Source: an uncultured Armatimonadetes bacterium (lineage in GTDB: Bacteria; Armatimonadota; Hebobacteria; Hebobacterales; Hebobacteraceae). Taken from it: a stretch of DNA of 64,000 nucleotides. The stretch spans positions 4,032,001-4,096,000 of the forward strand of contig OY970296.1 of NCBI GenBank assembly GCA_963716175.1, given 5' to 3'. Within the stretch, counting starts at the first letter, position 1. Each line of letters starts with the position of its first letter. The notes below the pieces were generated by a model that was given only the letters and a program-made list of their open reading frames with translations, searched no databases and was not told where the DNA came from. Made by a program: the position numbers and the translations under genes. This document shows positions 61,650-64,000 of the stretch, in pieces.

Positions 61650-62867
61650 GTGAAATCGCAACCATTCACCGAGCGATGGATCATCAAGCTTGTACTCGCG
61701 CTTTGGGTTGCTCTTGCCTGTGCTCTCACGCTGTCCGCCTCCGACGCAGCGGCATCTCAGGCCGCTCCTGCCCGGCTCGCCGCGCACCCCGCCTTCGACC
61801 CCTCAGAACGGCAACTCAAGGCCTGGGTCGATGCCGGCTACAATGCGTTCACCACAGGCGTGGCCTATGACGATGCGTTCAGCGTGCCTGGTGTCAGTCA
61901 GTGGTACTGGCTCCCGTCTGAGGTCGTGGTGATTGGTAATGCTGCGGCTGTCGTCGGCCTCAGCTGCGAAACGCCTCAGTTGCTGGCCACCTACACCGCA
62001 TGGCGAGGTACGCGCAGCGCCCTCCCCGAAGCGCAAGTCATTGACGCTGTCTACTCCCAGTTGGCTCAACAGGCGGGCTACTGCCGCTTCGTGGTCGTGG
62101 GCCTTGCGAAGACCTCCTCACGGGACCTCGGACTTGAGTACGTGCTCAACGTGAATGGGATCAGGTACGGCCAGCCGCGCATCTCTAGCCCGTTTGACGA
62201 GCCTCTCAGCAGTTCCCACAGTCTGCTCGACAGGAGGGACTACCAGTGTCTCTCGGTGGAGGTGGTAGAACGCTTCGACCACGAGTATCTGGTGGATATC
62301 CAGGGCAAGACCTACACCCGGACGCAGGCCCGCTCCTCGGTCGGCTATGAGCGCCGAGCCTCGGTGAAGCAGGGGGGGGCGACAGTTGGCTACACACACC
62401 TCGTAACCGAGATCGTAGACTTCCCTCTCCTCCGGGACGATGGCGCGCCGCTTATCCCCGCTGACGCCGATATGATCACCCTGGAGATGCTGGCGCCAGA
62501 CGCGTCCTACGAAGTGAGCGTGAACCTCCGGACTGGGATATCTTCAAAGTCTCTCGGATACCTGGTATTAGCGCCGAAGAGCAGGCTGCATCAGGCGCTT
62601 GAGGATATCGCCAAGAGACCAGAGTATGCCGACTGGGTTCTGAAGATATACCAGATGGAACCCAGGGTCCCGACGATCACCATCTCTGTCCAGCCCGGAC
62701 GGTCGCCCTACGAGACCAAGAAGGCACTGAAGGCACTCGTGCTAGAGGGCCAGAAGGCCTGTGAGGATGGCAACCTAGTTGTTATCTTGGAGGTTGGTGC
62801 ACGTAGGCTCTTCGAAGCGCGCTACCACCCGGCGAGCAAGTCAGTCGTGGTCACTTCGGTGCCGTGA
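61650..62867 (+). CDS. Secreted hypothetical protein with atypical codon usage
   Basis: 405-aa ORF with signal peptide; visibly more A/T-ending codons than neighbouring genes. Confidence 0.75.
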   Translation: MKSQPFTERWIIKLVLALWVALACALTLSASDAAASQAAPARLAAHPAFDPSERQLKAWVDAGYNAFTTGVAYDDAFSVPGVSQWYWLPSEVVVIGNAAAVVGLSCETPQLLATYTAWRGTRSALPEAQVIDAVYSQLAQQAGYCRFVVVGLAKTSSRDLGLEYVLNVNGIRYGQPRISSPFDEPLSSSHSLLDRRDYQCLSVEVVERFDHEYLVDIQGKTYTRTQARSSVGYERRASVKQGGATVGYTHLVTEIVDFPLLRDDGAPLIPADADMITLEMLAPDASYEVSVNLRTGISSKSLGYLVLAPKSRLHQALEDIAKRPEYADWVLKIYQMEPRVPTITISVQPGRSPYETKKALKALVLEGQKACEDGNLVVILEVGARRLFEARYHPASKSVVVTSVP

Positions 62868-62965
62868 CCGCGGCGTCCGTTCTTGGCGATCGGCACCGGC
62901 GTAGGGGGAGATGTGCTTGTCGGTGATGCAGGAGCCATGGCCCTCCTCGGCGCGCTGGTCGGCAT

Positions 62966-63013
62966 GTACGTTGGGCAGGAGCTTTAGTCGCCTCCAGCGA
63001 CTTGCCTCCTGCC
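62966..63013 (+). repeat. 48-bp repeat, copy 2
   Basis: GTACGTTGGGCAGGAGCTTTAGTCGCCTCCAGCGACTTGCCTCCTGCC. Confidence 0.8.
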
Positions 63014-63033
63014 CGTCGTGCGACGGAGGTGAA

Positions 63034-64000
63034 ATGTCTGCTTACGAACCGAACATCGGCCTGGAAGTCCACGCTGAGCTGAACACGCGGACCAAGGTGT
63101 TCTGCGGTTGCTCGGCCGCGGTGGGAGCGCCGCCGAATGCACAGGTCTGCCCGGTGTGCCTGGGATTCCCCGGGGTGCTGCCCGTGCTCAACCGCCGGGT
63201 GGTGGACTACGCTCTGCGGATGGCGCTGGCGCTGCACTGCGAGATCGCCCGGCCCAGCATTTTCGAGCGCAAGGGATATTACTACCCGGACCTGCCCAAG
63301 AACTTCCAGATTTCCCAGAAGCGCGCGCCCCTGGGGCGCAATGGCTACCTCGATCTCGGCCTGGACGGTCGCACGTCGCGGGTTCGGATCACGGATGTGC
63401 ACATCGAGGAGGACGCGGCCAAGCTGCTGCACCCCAGCGAGAGCAAAGAAGAGACCCTGGTGGACTTCAACCGCTCCGGTATTCCGCTGTTGGAGATCGT
63501 GAGCGAGCCGGACATGCACTCGGCGGCGGAGACAGAAGCCTATATGAACGCCATTCGCAGCATCCTGCTCTATCTCGCCATCTCCGAGGCCCGCATGGAG
63601 CAGGGACAGGTGCGCTTCGAGGCCAGCGTTTCGCTGCGCCCCGCGGGCGCGTCGGAGCTGGGGACGCGAGTTGAGATCAAGAACCTGAACAGCTTCCGCG
63701 CTGTCACCGGAGCCGCTTCCTATGAGATTGCCCGCCAGACTCGCGCCCTGCAGTCAGGAGGGTTAATCGAGCAGGAGACGCGGCTGTGGGACGACGAGCG
63801 AGGCGTCACCGAGCCCATGCGGCGCAAGGAAAGCGCCATGGATTACCGCTACTTCCCGGAGCCCGACCTGGCGCCTCTGGTGATAGACGACGCCTGGATC
63901 GAGCGGGTGCGGGCCGAGCTGCCCGAGCTGCCGGAGGCGCGCCGGCAGCGCCTGATGCAGCAGTACAGTCTGTCCGACTACGATGCGGGCATCCTCACCG
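63034..64000 (+). CDS. gatB: Asp-tRNA(Asn)/Glu-tRNA(Gln) amidotransferase subunit B, 5' part
   Basis: MSAYEPNIGLEVHAEL, YYPDLPKNFQISQ, HIEEDA and DYRYFPEPDL motifs. Confidence 0.96.
   Translation, partial: MSAYEPNIGLEVHAELNTRTKVFCGCSAAVGAPPNAQVCPVCLGFPGVLPVLNRRVVDYALRMALALHCEIARPSIFERKGYYYPDLPKNFQISQKRAPLGRNGYLDLGLDGRTSRVRITDVHIEEDAAKLLHPSESKEETLVDFNRSGIPLLEIVSEPDMHSAAETEAYMNAIRSILLYLAISEARMEQGQVRFEASVSLRPAGASELGTRVEIKNLNSFRAVTGAASYEIARQTRALQSGGLIEQETRLWDDERGVTEPMRRKESAMDYRYFPEPDLAPLVIDDAWIERVRAELPELPEARRQRLMQQYSLSDYDAGILT

Overview
High-GC bacterial chromosomal window. The prepilin/DUF1559/H-X9-DG gene and the general gene content suggest an Armatimonadota-like organism, which is an inference. 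Most genes are housekeeping: partial dnaK, der-plsY-gpsA, ispH, lpdA, bioY, ahcY, tRNA-Thr(CGU), pcm, glyQ, leuS, comEA, hisC, folB and partial gatB, plus sugar-active and envelope genes. The notable content is mobile DNA. (1) A complete IS110 element (15531-17238) is bounded by a GGAG core repeat; joining its ends gives TTGACA-N17-TATAAT upstream of a structured non-coding left end that resembles a bridge RNA. (2) A REP-associated tyrosine transposase (RAYT) is flanked by GTAG-type REP doublets, and related REPs occur across the window. These REPs carry interchangeable hairpin modules nested in their loops, sit in-frame inside leuS, supply stop codons, accompany a duplicated gene end and bracket apparently inserted accessory genes. 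(3) A 130-bp MITE is present in two copies. Five genes carry frameshifts that are most likely assembly indels. No CRISPR array, rRNA or prophage was seen.
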